Assembly (NCBI RefSeq): GCF_001194135.2
Contig: NC_068989.1
Span: 96,669,250 to 96,733,249, forward strand
From: Octopus bimaculoides
Lineage: Eukaryota
Reading direction: 5' to 3'
Length of the DNA: 64,000 nucleotides
Both the position numbers and the translations under genes were made by a program. Below the pieces are notes generated by a model. It was not told the origin of the DNA and made no database searches. It saw only the letters and a program-made list of their open reading frames with translations. Positions 12,152-24,779 of the stretch are shown in pieces (positions within the stretch are counted from its first letter, which is position 1; each line of letters begins with the position of its first letter).

Positions 12152-12356
12152 TACTCTAGGCACAAGGCCCAAAATTTTGTGGGAGGGGCCAATCGATTAG
12201 ATCAACCCGAGTACGCAACTGGTACTTAATTTATCGACCCCAAAAGGATGAAAAGCAAAGTTGACCGTGGTGGAATTTGAACTCAGAACATAAAGATAGA
12301 CAAAATACCGCTAAGCATTTTGCCCAGTGTGCTAACGTTTCTGCCAGCTCACAGCC
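12152..12356 (-). mobile_element. tRNA-derived SINE (family D), well preserved
   Basis: The rc reads gagctggcagaaacgttagcacac...gttctgagttcaaattcc (A/B-box-like) then cttttcatccttttgg...aagtaccagttgcgtac. Related copies near 33000, 34660, 34955, 48740 and 50470. Confidence 0.8.
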
Positions 12357-12709
12357 TTTAAAAATATTGACTTTACTCTCAAAATAATATTTTGAAAATA
12401 AAGTTACATTGAGGAGGGTTTTTTTTTTTTATTTTAGTCTGCAGTCGATTAGTTGCAGGTCAACATTGGTTTAGAAGACCTGTTCAAAAAGTTGTTCCAT
12501 CAGTGACCATCTCCACTAAATATTCAGGTGGGGCATATGTTAGACAAGAGCAATTTTTGCAATGGCCATGCAGTAGGTTTTCATTTACTCAAAGACATTT
12601 CAGTTTTCTGTTTACCATTTTTTTTTTCTTATGTCAAAATCCTTACAATTAGTTTTGGGAGGTGAAAGAAAAGGAGAAGGAGGACAGTAGTGAGAATTAT
12701 TCTTGTAGA

Positions 12710-13020
12710 GATGATGATGATGATGGTGGTGGTGGTGGTGATAGAAATAATGGTGTGATGACAATAGTAGAGGTTAAGTTGGTGGTGGTGATGGTGATGA
12801 TAATAGAAATAGTAGTGTTATATTGGTAATGGTGACGCTGTTAGTGATGGTTGGTGGCAGCAATGGTGGTTGTGGTACAATAATGGCTTTGGTGGTGGCA
12901 GTGATGGTGCTGAGGGGTTGCACTTTCAGAAATATTTGTAATTATCACCTTTATTACCAGAATTGCAATAACAAGTCACATTTACCATTACAATAACAGC
13001 AACAACAATAACTGCAATAA
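12710..13020. repeat. (GAT/GGT)-rich then (AAC/AAT)-rich low-complexity tract
   Basis: Direct reading. Confidence 0.85.
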
Positions 13021-13429
13021 CCAGCCATTTTGCTGAAACATCAATGAGAAAGTTCCGGACTTAAAGTCTACCTTAATAGGCCCAAAGAGCTAATTAATGA
13101 ACGTGGCTGCCAGATTTTGTAATTTTACTGTGTCATAATTAACTAAAGAGGTTAAGGTTAATCAGACTGCAAGAAAAGTAATTCGATGTAAGAAAAGAAA
13201 TTTCAGAAATATTTGGTTATTATTAGTCTTAGATTTACTTTGATTGGTAAAAGGTCTTTGAGAGATTCTTATTTAAAAGAAAAATTCTATCAATTTTTAT
13301 GGCCATCGAATTTAGAAGATTGTTGCTGTATGGTTCCAGGTTCGATCCTATTGCACAGCAAACACTTGAGGCAATATTTTGTGAATGGAAATTGCATAAA
13401 GCTTTATTTTGTATGTATGCATACATATA

Positions 13430-13890
13430 TCATCATCATCATCGTTTAACGTCTGCTTTCCATGCTAGCATGGGTTGGACGATTTAACTGAGGACTGGCG
13501 AACTAGATGGCTACACCAGTCTCAAACCTGATTTGGCAGAGTTTCTACAGCTGGATGCTCTTCCTAACGCCAACCACTCCGAGAGTGTAGTGGGTACTTT
13601 TACATGCCATTGGCACGAGAGCCAGTCAGGCGGTACTGGCAACAGCCACGCTCAAAATAGTGCTTTTTACATGCCTCCTGCACAGGAGCCAGTCCGGTGG
13701 CACTGGGAACAACCTCACTCGAATGCTTTTTCCCGTTCCACTCGCACAAGTGGCAGTAAGGCGACACCAGTAATGATCCCACTCAAATGGTGCTATTTAT
13801 GTGCCACTGGCACGGAAGCCAGACAGCTGTTCTGGCAATGATCATGCTCGGACGGTGCTGTTAGCGTTCCACTGGCACAAGTGCCAGTCA
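13430..13890 (-). mobile_element. Family A copy with ~4.4 internal 65-bp modules
   Basis: Aligns with 6071-6463 and has one additional module. Confidence 0.85.
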
Positions 13891-14499
13891 TTGAATTTGG
13901 TTCGATTTCGTCCTTTAATGTTTATCTTCTTTGCTGGCAAGAGTTGGATGCTCTGACAAAATCCAGTCAGCCACAGGGATGCATCATGCTTCATGTCAGC
14001 TTTGGCATGGTTTCTATGAGCTCTTGCACATTTTATTACGGTATTTCCATCTCTAAAGAAATAGATCTGTTACTAACATAGCATCGTGTCCCTGTTGCAG
14101 CAGTTTTGTGCATCTTAGCAATTCCAAACTCTTTAGTTAAGCCGTTTATTTTGATTGCTCTAATCCAAGTTCATCTGAGAAGGATTCTGAAATGTCACAG
14201 CTTACCCCTTATTTTCAAATTCATCCACACTTGCACATATTAAGAAACTGCACCCAGTCAAATATGTAAATTAGTTGGTAATAAAAAGGGTGTCATGTCA
14301 TAAGAGTTTTGCAAAAGTAATAAAAAAAAGGAAGAAATGTAAAAAAAGAATAGTTTCTGCAAGTGGCAGTGAAGGCAACAGAAGAGCAAAAACTTGGAAT
14401 AAAATCTTAGGTGGTGCTTTTGTCTCTATACCTTGTATTAGTGGTATGATAGAGTTTGTGGCTGGTAATAGGGAGGGTATCCAGTCATGTCAAAAAAAC

Positions 14500-14830
14500 A
14501 GGTGCAGGTATGGTTGAGTGGTTAAGAAGTACACTTTGCAATCATGTGGTTTTCAGTTCAGTCCCTCAGCAAAGCATTTTGGGGCAATTGTTTTTTTACA
14601 ACAATCCTGAGCCAATCAATACCTTGCAAGTGAATTTGGTTGATGGAAACTGTGTAGAAGCTTGTAAGCTTGTCATATAGAGATGTGTGTGCGTTTGTGT
14701 TTGCCTCCACCACCATTACTTGAAAACCAGTGTTTTCTTTATGTCCTCATGACTATGTGGTTTGGCAAAAGAAGATCAACAGAATAAGTAACAGACTTTC
14801 AAAAAGATTTTACTAGAGTCAATTCGTTTC
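14500..14830 (+). mobile_element. SINE family C, degenerate
   Basis: ggtgcaggtatggttgagtggttaagaag...ttcagttcagtccc...gaatttggttgatggaaactg. Confidence 0.7.
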
Positions 14831-15009
14831 ACTAAAACTCTTCAAGTTGGTGGCTGGACTGCAATAAAAGATGAAGAGAGGATGACTATCTCTGATTACA
14901 AGAGAATGGAACAAGTGGTGAGATACCATGCAAAACCAGACCCAACCACCCTTGCCATCCTGGAAAAGGAAGGCAACAACATAAAATGAATGATGATGGC
15001 AATGCAGCA

Positions 15010-15106
15010 GCATACATACATGCATACATACGTACGTACGTACATACATACATACATACATACATACATACATACATACATACGTACGTACATACATACA
15101 TACATA
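15010..15106. repeat. (CATA)n microsatellite with CGTA variants
   Basis: Direct reading. Confidence 0.95.
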
Positions 15107-16893
15107 CAAGCATATGTAAACAATAGTCTCATTGCACATTTGAAATGAAAGAGGGCTGCATTGTCCGAGGAGTAATTAATAAGGGAGTTTTCATGCACTT
15201 GGTTTTTGAAAGCTTATATTCCTTCCCATGAGGTATTTGCAGTTGTAGTTCAGCTATTTAGAATCACTACAAAACTCAGCTAATGTGGTCTCCAGTGCCT
15301 CAGGTCTGCCAGTTCAATAATTAAATAAAAGATATTTCTGTTAATAAATTTAATCTAGTATAGTCAATATATTTAGTTATTTATCAATAACTATTTGGAA
15401 GTTTAAGAAGTATGTTTTTTACTGAGAAGGTGGACTTTATTTTTAAATTACTGTTTTAAAGCAGATGTCTTATGTTCAGTAAATTCTCAGTGATTTTTTT
15501 TCCCAAATTTCATTTGATAAGATGCTCTCTATGTATCACTTCTTAACAGAGACGATGAACATTTTTTTTTAAATTATAAAGCAAAAAAAAAAAAATAAAG
15601 GAAACATTAGATAACTGGAGATGAAAACAACCTATTAAAGAAACACAACTGTGAAAAGCAGTTACTTCAAGAAGTCCTCTGTTCTACAAAATTCCAGCTT
15701 GTTCAAAAATCATTCCAATTTAACTTTTCTGTTCTCTTACACAATCTGCATTCTATCTGCTATTACCTCTCTATCCAAGTCTCATTTCTCTCACCATAAT
15801 GTTTTAATGATATATGTTGCACTTGTGTGTGTGTGTGTTTGTATTTCTGCATGAATGTTTTTAGGTATGTATATATATATGTATTATATACATATATTTG
15901 GTCATGAAAATGTGGCACTGGGGACAAAGAAACACATAAAAACAGAAAATACGCATCAACCACAACTCAATCCCTCATCAGTCATTGACTAAATGCCAGC
16001 ACAATTTTGACATCTTCAAACAGCATTGTTCCATTTGGCAGTGTTAACAACATTAGCTGCTGGAGTTGAAATGAGCAGACATTACAAATGAACACAAACA
16101 GAAAATATGAGACTAGTGCAATGAGTAGAAAAAAGGGTCTTTAGGCCAAATAGTAAATAAGGATGAGTTATGAGGAGAATGGGAAAAACATATAATGGAA
16201 GAAACAACTCGACAAGGACAGTGAAAGATGAAATACACTTATATTCAGTAGTTTGTTTCGATGCAGTTCACATTACTAAATATTTCATACTCAATATTTA
16301 GTTAGACATGCCACTTCTATACCTGTATTGCAATGCAATTAAATTATCTATGCAGTGGTATGCTAGATTGTCAGAAACATAAGTTCCATGATATTTGAAT
16401 AACAACAGAAACCAATTATATTTAAAATACATTTTATGATAGGCACATTTCAAGTGGTTACAGAACAAGCAATTACACAATCATCCACTTTCTTCAGTCA
16501 TTTCAAGCAAAAACGTATTGATAAATCTATATCTAACTTTGTACGGGTGTGTGCACGCACATATCCATTTTGATTCTTGTCTGCATTGCGTACAAATGTG
16601 TGCATTCATGCATGTGCTTATGTTCTTCTCTGTGTGTACATGTTCTTTCTATTTTTTGTGATTTCATTCATTGGACTGTGGCCATGCTAGGGCAATGCCT
16701 TGAAAAGTTTTCGTCAATTTCTTTCAACACGACTACTTTGTTTGGTATTTATTTCATTGTTCGTCTAAGATACACAAGGCAAAGTAGAGATTGTTGTAAG
16801 AGGATATAATCAAGTTGGTAAGAAATACTGCAGAGCATTTCTGTGGCTGTGTTTCTCTTTTCATTTATCAGTGTTCCCTCTATACTTACATAA

Positions 16894-16939
<46 letters not shown>

Positions 16940-17319
16940 TCATACACATACATACATCTATTCATACACACACATATACACGTGCAAATATATATCAAAT
17001 AACAGTGACGAAAGTAGTATTAACACCAAATGACAATCTTTATACACTACTCAACATGGATGCATTGTTTGAATACCATAATATTGCAGTATTTTCCTCG
17101 AAAAATCCTCTCATATAAATGTAGAGTGCTAAAAAGCACAGGATACTGCTGCATCATGTGATTTCAGTGTGTTTGCACTTCATCACCAAGAAGAGATCCA
17201 CTCACCACATGCTAACCAAATCTTCTTTGCCACCACTGGTATATGGAAAAAATGTGTTTGTGTGTGGGTGTGGGTGTATTCACAAATTTATACATATGTG
17301 TGTGCGTGTGAGTATGTTA

Positions 17320-18045
17320 ACAAAGGGCCTCTCCCTCAGAGTGAAAAGCAGATTGTATGATACCTGTGTATGAACAGCTATGCTACTGGTAGTGAGACAT
17401 GGTCTGTGACTCCTGAAGACTTGCTCGAAAGAAACGAAGCCAGCATATACCCTGCTGGATGAGTAATGTCAGTATGCATGTCTGACAGAGTGTAAAGGAT
17501 TTAAGAGAAAAATTGGGTTATTAGAGGCATCAGTTGTAGTGTGCAAGAGAAATGACTGTGCCTTATATGGTCATGTAATGCATATGGATGAGGATAGCTT
17601 CATCAAGATGAGCTGACCTCTAATTATGGAGGGAACATGTGGAAGGGGTAGACACAGGTAGATGTGGCATGAAGAAATAAGAAAGAATCTTCAGATGTTG
17701 GGCCTCACAGAGGAGATGACAAAGGAGCAAGTCTTCTGGTGATTTGCTGCATTTGAGAAGATAGGGGAAACTAAGTAAAATTGTGGTTGTCCTTGCATAC
17801 AGGCATGTTCTCCACATCACTCCCTCATCCAGTCTTCTGAATGCTGGTACCGCATAAAAGCACCTGTACTAGTTTCACATAAAAGCACCCAGTACACTCT
17901 GTAAAGTGGTTGGCATTAGGAAGGTCATCCAGCCATAGAAAACCTTCCAAAACAAACAAATGCAACTGAGGCAGCTCTCCAGATGGTCAAACTGTCCAAC
18001 TCATGCCAGCATAGAGGATAGACTTTAAAAGAAGATGATGATGAT
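17320..18045 (+). mobile_element. RTE-clade LINE 3' fragment running into the family A tail
   Basis: LTKGLSLRVKSRLYDTCV motif, then gatgttgggcctcacagagg, then aaaagcacccagtacactctg...gatgatgatg. Confidence 0.75.
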
Positions 18046-18440
18046 ATTTAAACAGAGAAAAAGAAACTGAGCAAGAGATATCTGCATTTACTATGCACAG
18101 CTTCTGCACAGTTTCCATCCACCACAAGCTATACGTCAACCAAAGGCTATGGTGGAAAACAGTTGGCCAGAGTGATCAGAGCTGGATTGAACACAGAACC
18201 CTGTAATTGTGCAACAAATTTTGGGCCACACAGCCTTGCCTAAACTCATGTGCAGTTTTGTGTAGGTTTTGAAGAGAAAATGAGAGATGATATGCACTTG
18301 GCATTTCCTGTAGTGTGTGAAAAAAATACATAGTTTGTATAACAGCTTGTTTTAGTGTGTGAAGACGTGTGAATAACAGTTTGTAGCCAGCTAATGAAGA
18401 CAGAACTGTGTGTGCATTCTCATGCAATTTCATCATCTAA

Positions 18441-18496
<56 letters not shown>

Positions 18497-18759
18497 TACA
18501 CGCACACACACACACACACTCATTTGTGTAAGTGTTACAGCAATATTTGTGTGAAAATGAAATAATAAAGATAAGCACAACAAAAGAGAGAACTAAAAAC
18601 AAAGCAAAAAATGTTCATGTTTAATTTTTATTTTGTTACCTTTGGCTATATTTACAATTTAATGCTGTTGCTGCTGTATTCCTGAAGAAAAAGAAATGTC
18701 TAATTGGTTCATAGGATGATAGTTATAGACTAAAACTGGAAGACCTCCAAGAGAGAAAG

Positions 18760-18856
18760 AGAGAATAGGATGCGAGAGATGATAAATGGAAAGAGGTAGA
18801 AAAGGAAAGAGTAAATGAGAGAGAGGTGAAGGAAAAGAAAGAAAAGATAGAATAAA

Positions 18857-18887
<31 letters not shown>

Positions 18888-19190
18888 ATAACTGAGAGGT
18901 TGAGAGAAAAAGAGAGGCTGACGTGGAAAAAACCCAGTGGAATCGATGGTGGGGATGTGAAGTAGATTGTTAATTAAGAGAGATGAAAATGTAAGGAAAG
19001 AGCAGAGAGGGAGGTAGGTAGAGGGAGGGAGGAGTGTTAAATGAAAACAAGGATGGTGAGAGGGAAAGGCAGAGAGAGAGAGGGAGGGATGGAATGGGAA
19101 AGAGAAAGAACAAGTGAGAGAGACAGAATGTGAGGGATGGTTAAGTGAGAGATAGACACAAGATAGAAGGAAGGTATTGATGACAGAAAG
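18760..19190. repeat. Purine-rich (AG)n/GA-rich low-complexity region
   Basis: Direct reading. Confidence 0.8.
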
Positions 19191-19191
19191 G

Positions 19192-19224
<33 letters not shown>

Positions 19225-19579
19225 CCAGCATCATTTTACTGGCTGCTCTTCCCTCACACCTGAATCGGTCAGATGGAGTTTATTGAGCCAGGCTTTCTGC
19301 AATTGGATTCTCTTCCTGCTGCCAGCCCCCTCTTGTTTGTAATCAAAGTAACATTTTGTCCCTGGCCAGACATGGTTTTGCAGAATACACCTTCTCCTTA
19401 CGACCCAGTTCCATTCTGACAGATCCTAAGTTGATCTGGTCATATGTTTGATTTATATTTTTTGACAATATTTTTCATTCAAATGGGTTATAAAACATTA
19501 AAACACAAAAATTTAATCCATAATTATTGTACATAATGTGAAAATACATAATATGTACTCTACTGTACTTGAATTATTT

Positions 19580-20148
19580 GTTGAATATTTGTTCTGGTAG
19601 ATAACCTTCTTCAATTAATTCATCAAAGCTATCAATGAATTTTTACACTCCGTCTTCATCTGCAGTTCCTGTTTCTCCTATAACATGTACATTATGCAAA
19701 GCAAATCTATTTTTTAAAATGCATAAACCACCCATTACTAGCCAGAAAATCTTGTGTGTAATCATCTCTGGGGCATAATTTTAAAGTCTGAAACAGACTT
19801 CTAGCCTTTGTTTGCACTGTGACAAGGCTGATGGGTGTCTTTTTCTGTATTAAATCTTCCATCCACATGAATAACAATTTCTCCATTTCATGAATGAGAC
19901 CCTGTCGTTGTTTGGTTAAAATTGTAGACTTCATTGGTGCAGAACCTTTCCCAGCTTCACAAATTCTACTTTGTCCTTAAGTATCGTCAATGCTGTGGAA
20001 TGTGATAACTTCAGGACTTGTGCTGTTCACCATTTTTCTCGCCTTCATACTGCCAGAGAATTTTCCTTTTACAGTCCAACTCAAAAGCCTTCCTCAACTT
20101 CTTAGCTGGCACATCTGTAGATGAAAGCATTTTCCTTTTACCAGTCAT
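19580..20148 (-). pseudogene. Tigger/pogo (CENP-B-like) transposase N-terminal fragment with stop codons
   Basis: MTGKRKMLSSTDVPAKKLRKAFELDCKRKIL...*...MKSTILTKQRQGLIHEMEKLLFMWMED...KARSLFQTLK...FLASNGWFMHFKK*FALHNVHVIGETGTAD...EEGYLPEQ. This matches the HTH CENP-B/Tc5 pattern and stops before the DDE core. Confidence 0.85.
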
Positions 20149-20347
20149 TCTAGGGGTAAATCAGATACAATTGTAACAAATCCACATGCAGCTGAAAGTG
20201 ACTGAGTGAGATGCCTGGGTCTGAGGGGAGGGGCCTGCAGTGCTGGATGCTGCCATAGTTATCATATGCACCACTGCCCAACATCCAAAGATCGAATTCT
20301 TATTTATTCATTGTTTTATTTGTTATTTTTTGTGGTCATAAGTGCAG

Positions 20348-20431
20348 ATGGTCGTAAGTCGCAGAGACGGTGGATCAGAATTGAACAACACTGCTCGGAT
20401 GGCTGTGACATTCATTTACAACTTTCACATG
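20348..20431 (+). CDS. Candidate internal exon ([28 protein letters not shown], or alternative frame [28 protein letters not shown])
   Basis: T-rich tract plus gtgcag| acceptor, donor ATG|gtatca, 84 nt, 4 CpG in CpG-poor surroundings. Confidence 0.35.
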
Positions 20432-20525
20432 GTATCAAAGCAAGGAGATGCAAACTTACCCTTATTTACTTACATGTATACATACAGACGTATATACATC
20501 TATAAATATATATGTATGTATGTAA

Positions 20526-20604
<79 letters not shown>

Positions 20605-20609
20605 TATAA

Positions 20610-20770
20610 CAGGCTTCTTTCATTTTCTGTCCACCAAATCCACTCGCAAGGCTTTTGTTGGCCCAGGGCTGTAGTAGTATTTGCCCAGGGTGTCATGCAG
20701 TGGGACTGAACCTAAAACCATATGATTTGCTAGCAAACTCCTTAACCACACAACCATGCCTGCACCTACA
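20610..20770 (-). mobile_element. SINE family C 5' half
   Basis: caccaaatccactcgcaaggctttt...gcagtgggactgaacc...caaccatgcctgcacc. Confidence 0.75.
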
Positions 20771-22005
20771 GCACTTAACTGCAAAATGCTGCCTGAAGTA
20801 GGCATCTGTCCAACCTATACCTGCATAAAAAACTTTTTAAAGACCTTGAAACTAGTGAATGAAGAAAACAAATGAAATATTGAAAGGAAATTAGGAGAAA
20901 ACAGAAAAGCCTACCACAGCATTTCTGAACCATTATGTTGTTAGAATATTTAGCACAAAGACATAAGATTTTTTTTGTTTTTAATCATTTAATGAGGGAG
21001 GTAAGACAGTGTCCAGGATCTTTACAAATCTTGCAAAACAAGATAGAGGGAGGAAAGTTTTGCCAAATGGAAGACCTATGAATTCTTGCAATGGAATGGA
21101 ATCTGCTAAAGGTATCCAAACTGCCAGATGGTGGTGTTCAATCAGGATTAAGTCTGCCACTCAAATGGAATGTGGTGGGATTTGATCTGAAACGGCACAG
21201 CTGGAACAAATACCAGTGATAAGTCATAGGTCTGTCAAACTCTCGACAGTTGAGCACAATGAGTCAGAAAATTACCACAAGGTATCTCGTCCCATGCCCT
21301 ACCCACTCTGCCAGCTCTCCACAACAAAATAGCTTTTTGAAAGAATACAAAAACATTGATTAAATTTAATTTGAAATGTAGAAAAAAAAGCTAATATCAG
21401 TTGAGGGATTTAGGTTAAAATAGCAGCAGTGATCATCCTTGCCTGGGTTTATTAGTACCCAAAATAAATACAATCACATGAATTCATTATATTTTGGATT
21501 AATTGCTTTAAAAAGACTCTGCTAGACTTTAATTGATTCAGGAATGTTGAATCACTCAGAATTATTGCATCCATCTAGAAAAATGATTTAAGCTGAGCTT
21601 CATAAAAACATAAAATAAACAAAGCAAATAAAGAATACAAAACTGAAAGAAAAATTTACAATTGGATCTGTAGTTTTAACCCTATAATAACAGATAGGGT
21701 GGTCATAGAGCACTTTTGGTCATTAGTCTGCTGGATCGGTCTTCACTTGGTGCTAAACAATAGGAGCAATAATAGATACAATATAGAGATGCAGTTACCA
21801 AGTGTACCTAGTCTACCTAGGCATGTATGAGCCCAGTGTAAAGGTACAGTTCGTAGCTGTATCCAGTCCATTTGTTGAAGATGTGTACCCTATGGAAATA
21901 TGGTTCACTCCTGTACCCAGTCTACCAAGCTTTAAAAGGTACTATATAAAGGTACAGTTCAGTACTTGTGATACATAGTCATTAACACACACTCACATAC
22001 TTATA

Positions 22006-22311
22006 AAGTGCAACCTTGGTTTATGAATTTGATTCATTCCTGAAGGCTGTTCAGCATCCAAGATATTTGTAAATCAAAATTATTTTTCTCATAGGAAATT
22101 CCAGGCAGATTCAAGCAGCGATTTGCATTGAGTGAAAGCTAGGTACCAACTGATACTCTTCCACTAATACCCCCGAGCCTATCTGTTGTTGCTGACTTGC
22201 ATGTACATTAGTTGAGACACCATTTGTTACCTGAGATATTTTATGTTCAAAAAATGGTTCATAAGCCGATTTGTTCATGATGAGTGGCATTCATAAGCCA
22301 AGGTTCCACTG
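22006..22311. mobile_element. Tigger-type MITE (306 bp) with TIRs and TA target duplication
   Basis: Left end TA|aagtgcaaccttggtttatgaat; right end attcataagccaaggttccactg|TA. The 23-bp TIRs differ at 3 positions. No ORF. Confidence 0.8.
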
Positions 22312-22912
22312 TATTTGTAAAACACCAAGTGTAACATTTAAATCTGTCTGCTTACAAACAGAGCAGTCATTTATTTTCACTTTGGTTGCAGTAGTAGGAA
22401 AGGAAAACATTTTGATAGATCATTCCCATTAACAGATAAATATACGATGACATCATCAAAATGATTTATTTAATATCATTCAATTAATTTCAATTCACAT
22501 TTATTAACTATGATACAATGATAAATGGGATTACATTGCAAGCTGCAGGAACAAAAACAGGTAACAACAACAAAAGTAACTGCTGCAACCAAACTGTAGA
22601 TACGTTTTCAGATGGCTGTAACAACCATTCCACAATTCATAGAGAAATAAATAGACAATATATAATATTTATTAAATTTAATAATTAGGATAATACTAAA
22701 ACAATACAATATTTCAGTGTTGCGCTTGTTTGGTGAGTTGATCAGAGATCTTGTTTGTGAAAGTGAGACAATCATATCATGGTAACTTCAGAGCAGCCAT
22801 TAAGTAACAGCACATGTATACTGTTATATTTAATTTTAAGCTTCATTCAGACATAGAATTATTGTTATTATTATATATTATAAAGTCAATAATACACAAC
22901 ACTTATTGTGAA

Positions 22913-22917
<5 letters not shown>

Positions 22918-22971
<54 letters not shown>

Positions 22972-23303
22972 NNNNNNNNNNNNNNNNNNNNNNNNNNNNN
23001 NNNNNNNNNNNNNNNNNNNNNNNNNNNNNNNNNNNNNNNNNNNNNNNNNNNNNNNNNNNNNNNNNNNNNNNNNNNNNNNNNNNNNNNNNNNNNNNNNNNN
23101 NNNNNNNNNNNNNNNNNNNNNNNNNNNNNNNNNNNNNNNNNNNNNNNNNNNNNNNNNNNNNNNNNNNNNNNNNNNNNNNNNNNNNNNNNNNNNNNNNNNN
23201 NNNNNNNNNNNNNNNNNNNNNNNNNNNNNNNNNNNNNNNNNNNNNNNNNNNNNNNNNNNNNNNNNNNNNNNNNNNNNNNNNNNNNNNNNATATATATATA
23301 TAT
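22918..23303. other. (TA)n tract with assembly gap (N 22972-23289)
   Basis: Direct reading. Confidence 0.95.
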
Positions 23304-23713
23304 AAATGTAAGATCCAGAGTTTGAGGTGTAGGAAGAGAGTTAGCTTCAAGCAATTCATAATAAATATAAAAGAACAACTTTCAGGGACTTCAGTGGTTT
23401 ATTGAGATGGAAGGTTGTGGATTTTTATTTTGTATCACACAATAAGCTGAAAAACGTTATTTGTATATTCCTTGGTTTGAATCTTCCTTGTGTCAGCATG
23501 TACCTCCTTGCGACATTGTAGCCGGTGGTATACACCTCACTTGGATATTTACAACTTCTGAGGTTCCACTCACTATGGAACATAAGTAACCCAGATCTTT
23601 CCTACTCCATTCCGTAACTCTTATATATGTATCTATATATTTTAAATGATTAATACCAAAGATGGAATGTAACTAGAAACATTTATTAGCACAACAGTCA
23701 GTTTGGCTTCCAG

Positions 23714-23745
23714 ATGCCACGCACCGTGCAAAAGAGCCTCATGAG
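23714..23745 (+). CDS. Candidate small exon (MPRTVQKSLM+AG, or alternative frame DATHRAKEPHE)
   Basis: tttggcttccag| acceptor, GAG|gtaaca donor, 32 nt, 2 CpG. Phase-compatible with 20348-20431 in both frames. Confidence 0.3.
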
Positions 23746-24779
23746 GTAACATAAGATGTTTCAAAAGTGAGCACATTTACATTTCAATTTCACTTGAAGT
23801 TATATGTTGATGGTGAGAATCCAGCAGTTCAGACACATTTGGTAAAGTGAGGAAGATGTGGTCAGGATGAAAATAAAAGAATCAAAATACAAAGCATTTA
23901 ATATAAATAGGGGTGGGAGTGTTTATAGTTGTGGTCAAGAAATAATTGCTAAAAAATAAAAATTAGAAAGAATGTAATGTAAATGGAGGGGTGTGTGTAT
24001 AGAGGGGGTGTTTATGGTATTAGATTGAACGGCTTTAGCATTTCAGGGCTGGCTACAGCAGTCAAGCACAACATGGTCAGGAATTTTAGGGGGGATGTTA
24101 TTCCAGTCTTTAGAATTTGTGGCTGTCAACACCAACTCACAGACACTGACATACACATACAGGTATACATATGCATGCATACCTACATACATTCAAGCAC
24201 GCATGTGCCCACCTACCAACATGCACACACATATACATATACATATATATATATATATATATATATCGACAGACATCAGTGATTCCGTGAATAGGCACAC
24301 ACTCACTCACTCACACACACAGGGACATATGCTCCTCCACAAATGCGCTTGTACCACCTGGCTCCTACACATACTTCTATGCACACACTCACTTACACTC
24401 ACATATGCACATACAGACACACAAACCTATATATGTGCATGCAAGGCAGATGTATTTGCATGTATATGCGTATATATGTACAAGTATATGTGAGTGTATG
24501 TACATACATATATATGTGTGTGTCTGTATGTGCATGTTAGTGCATGTGTGTATGTACGTGTATGTGTGTGCATGCACGCATGTGCACAGGTGTACCTTTG
24601 TGTATTTGTACACGAGCCATTGGGGATGACACCTTCGTGAATAACCGAATAAACTAGACAAGTGACCAGGTTGTATCCCACACTGCTGGAGATTTCTATC
24701 GTTTGAGCAGTGATGCTTGATAATCCAGGAACTTTCCCTGTCTTCATACACACACACACACATATATGCATAAATATGT

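Noticed and set aside
22814-23405. Long ORFs (137-166 aa), and likewise 33004-33546 and 51267-52164
   Set aside because: Open only because they cross N gaps and simple repeats.
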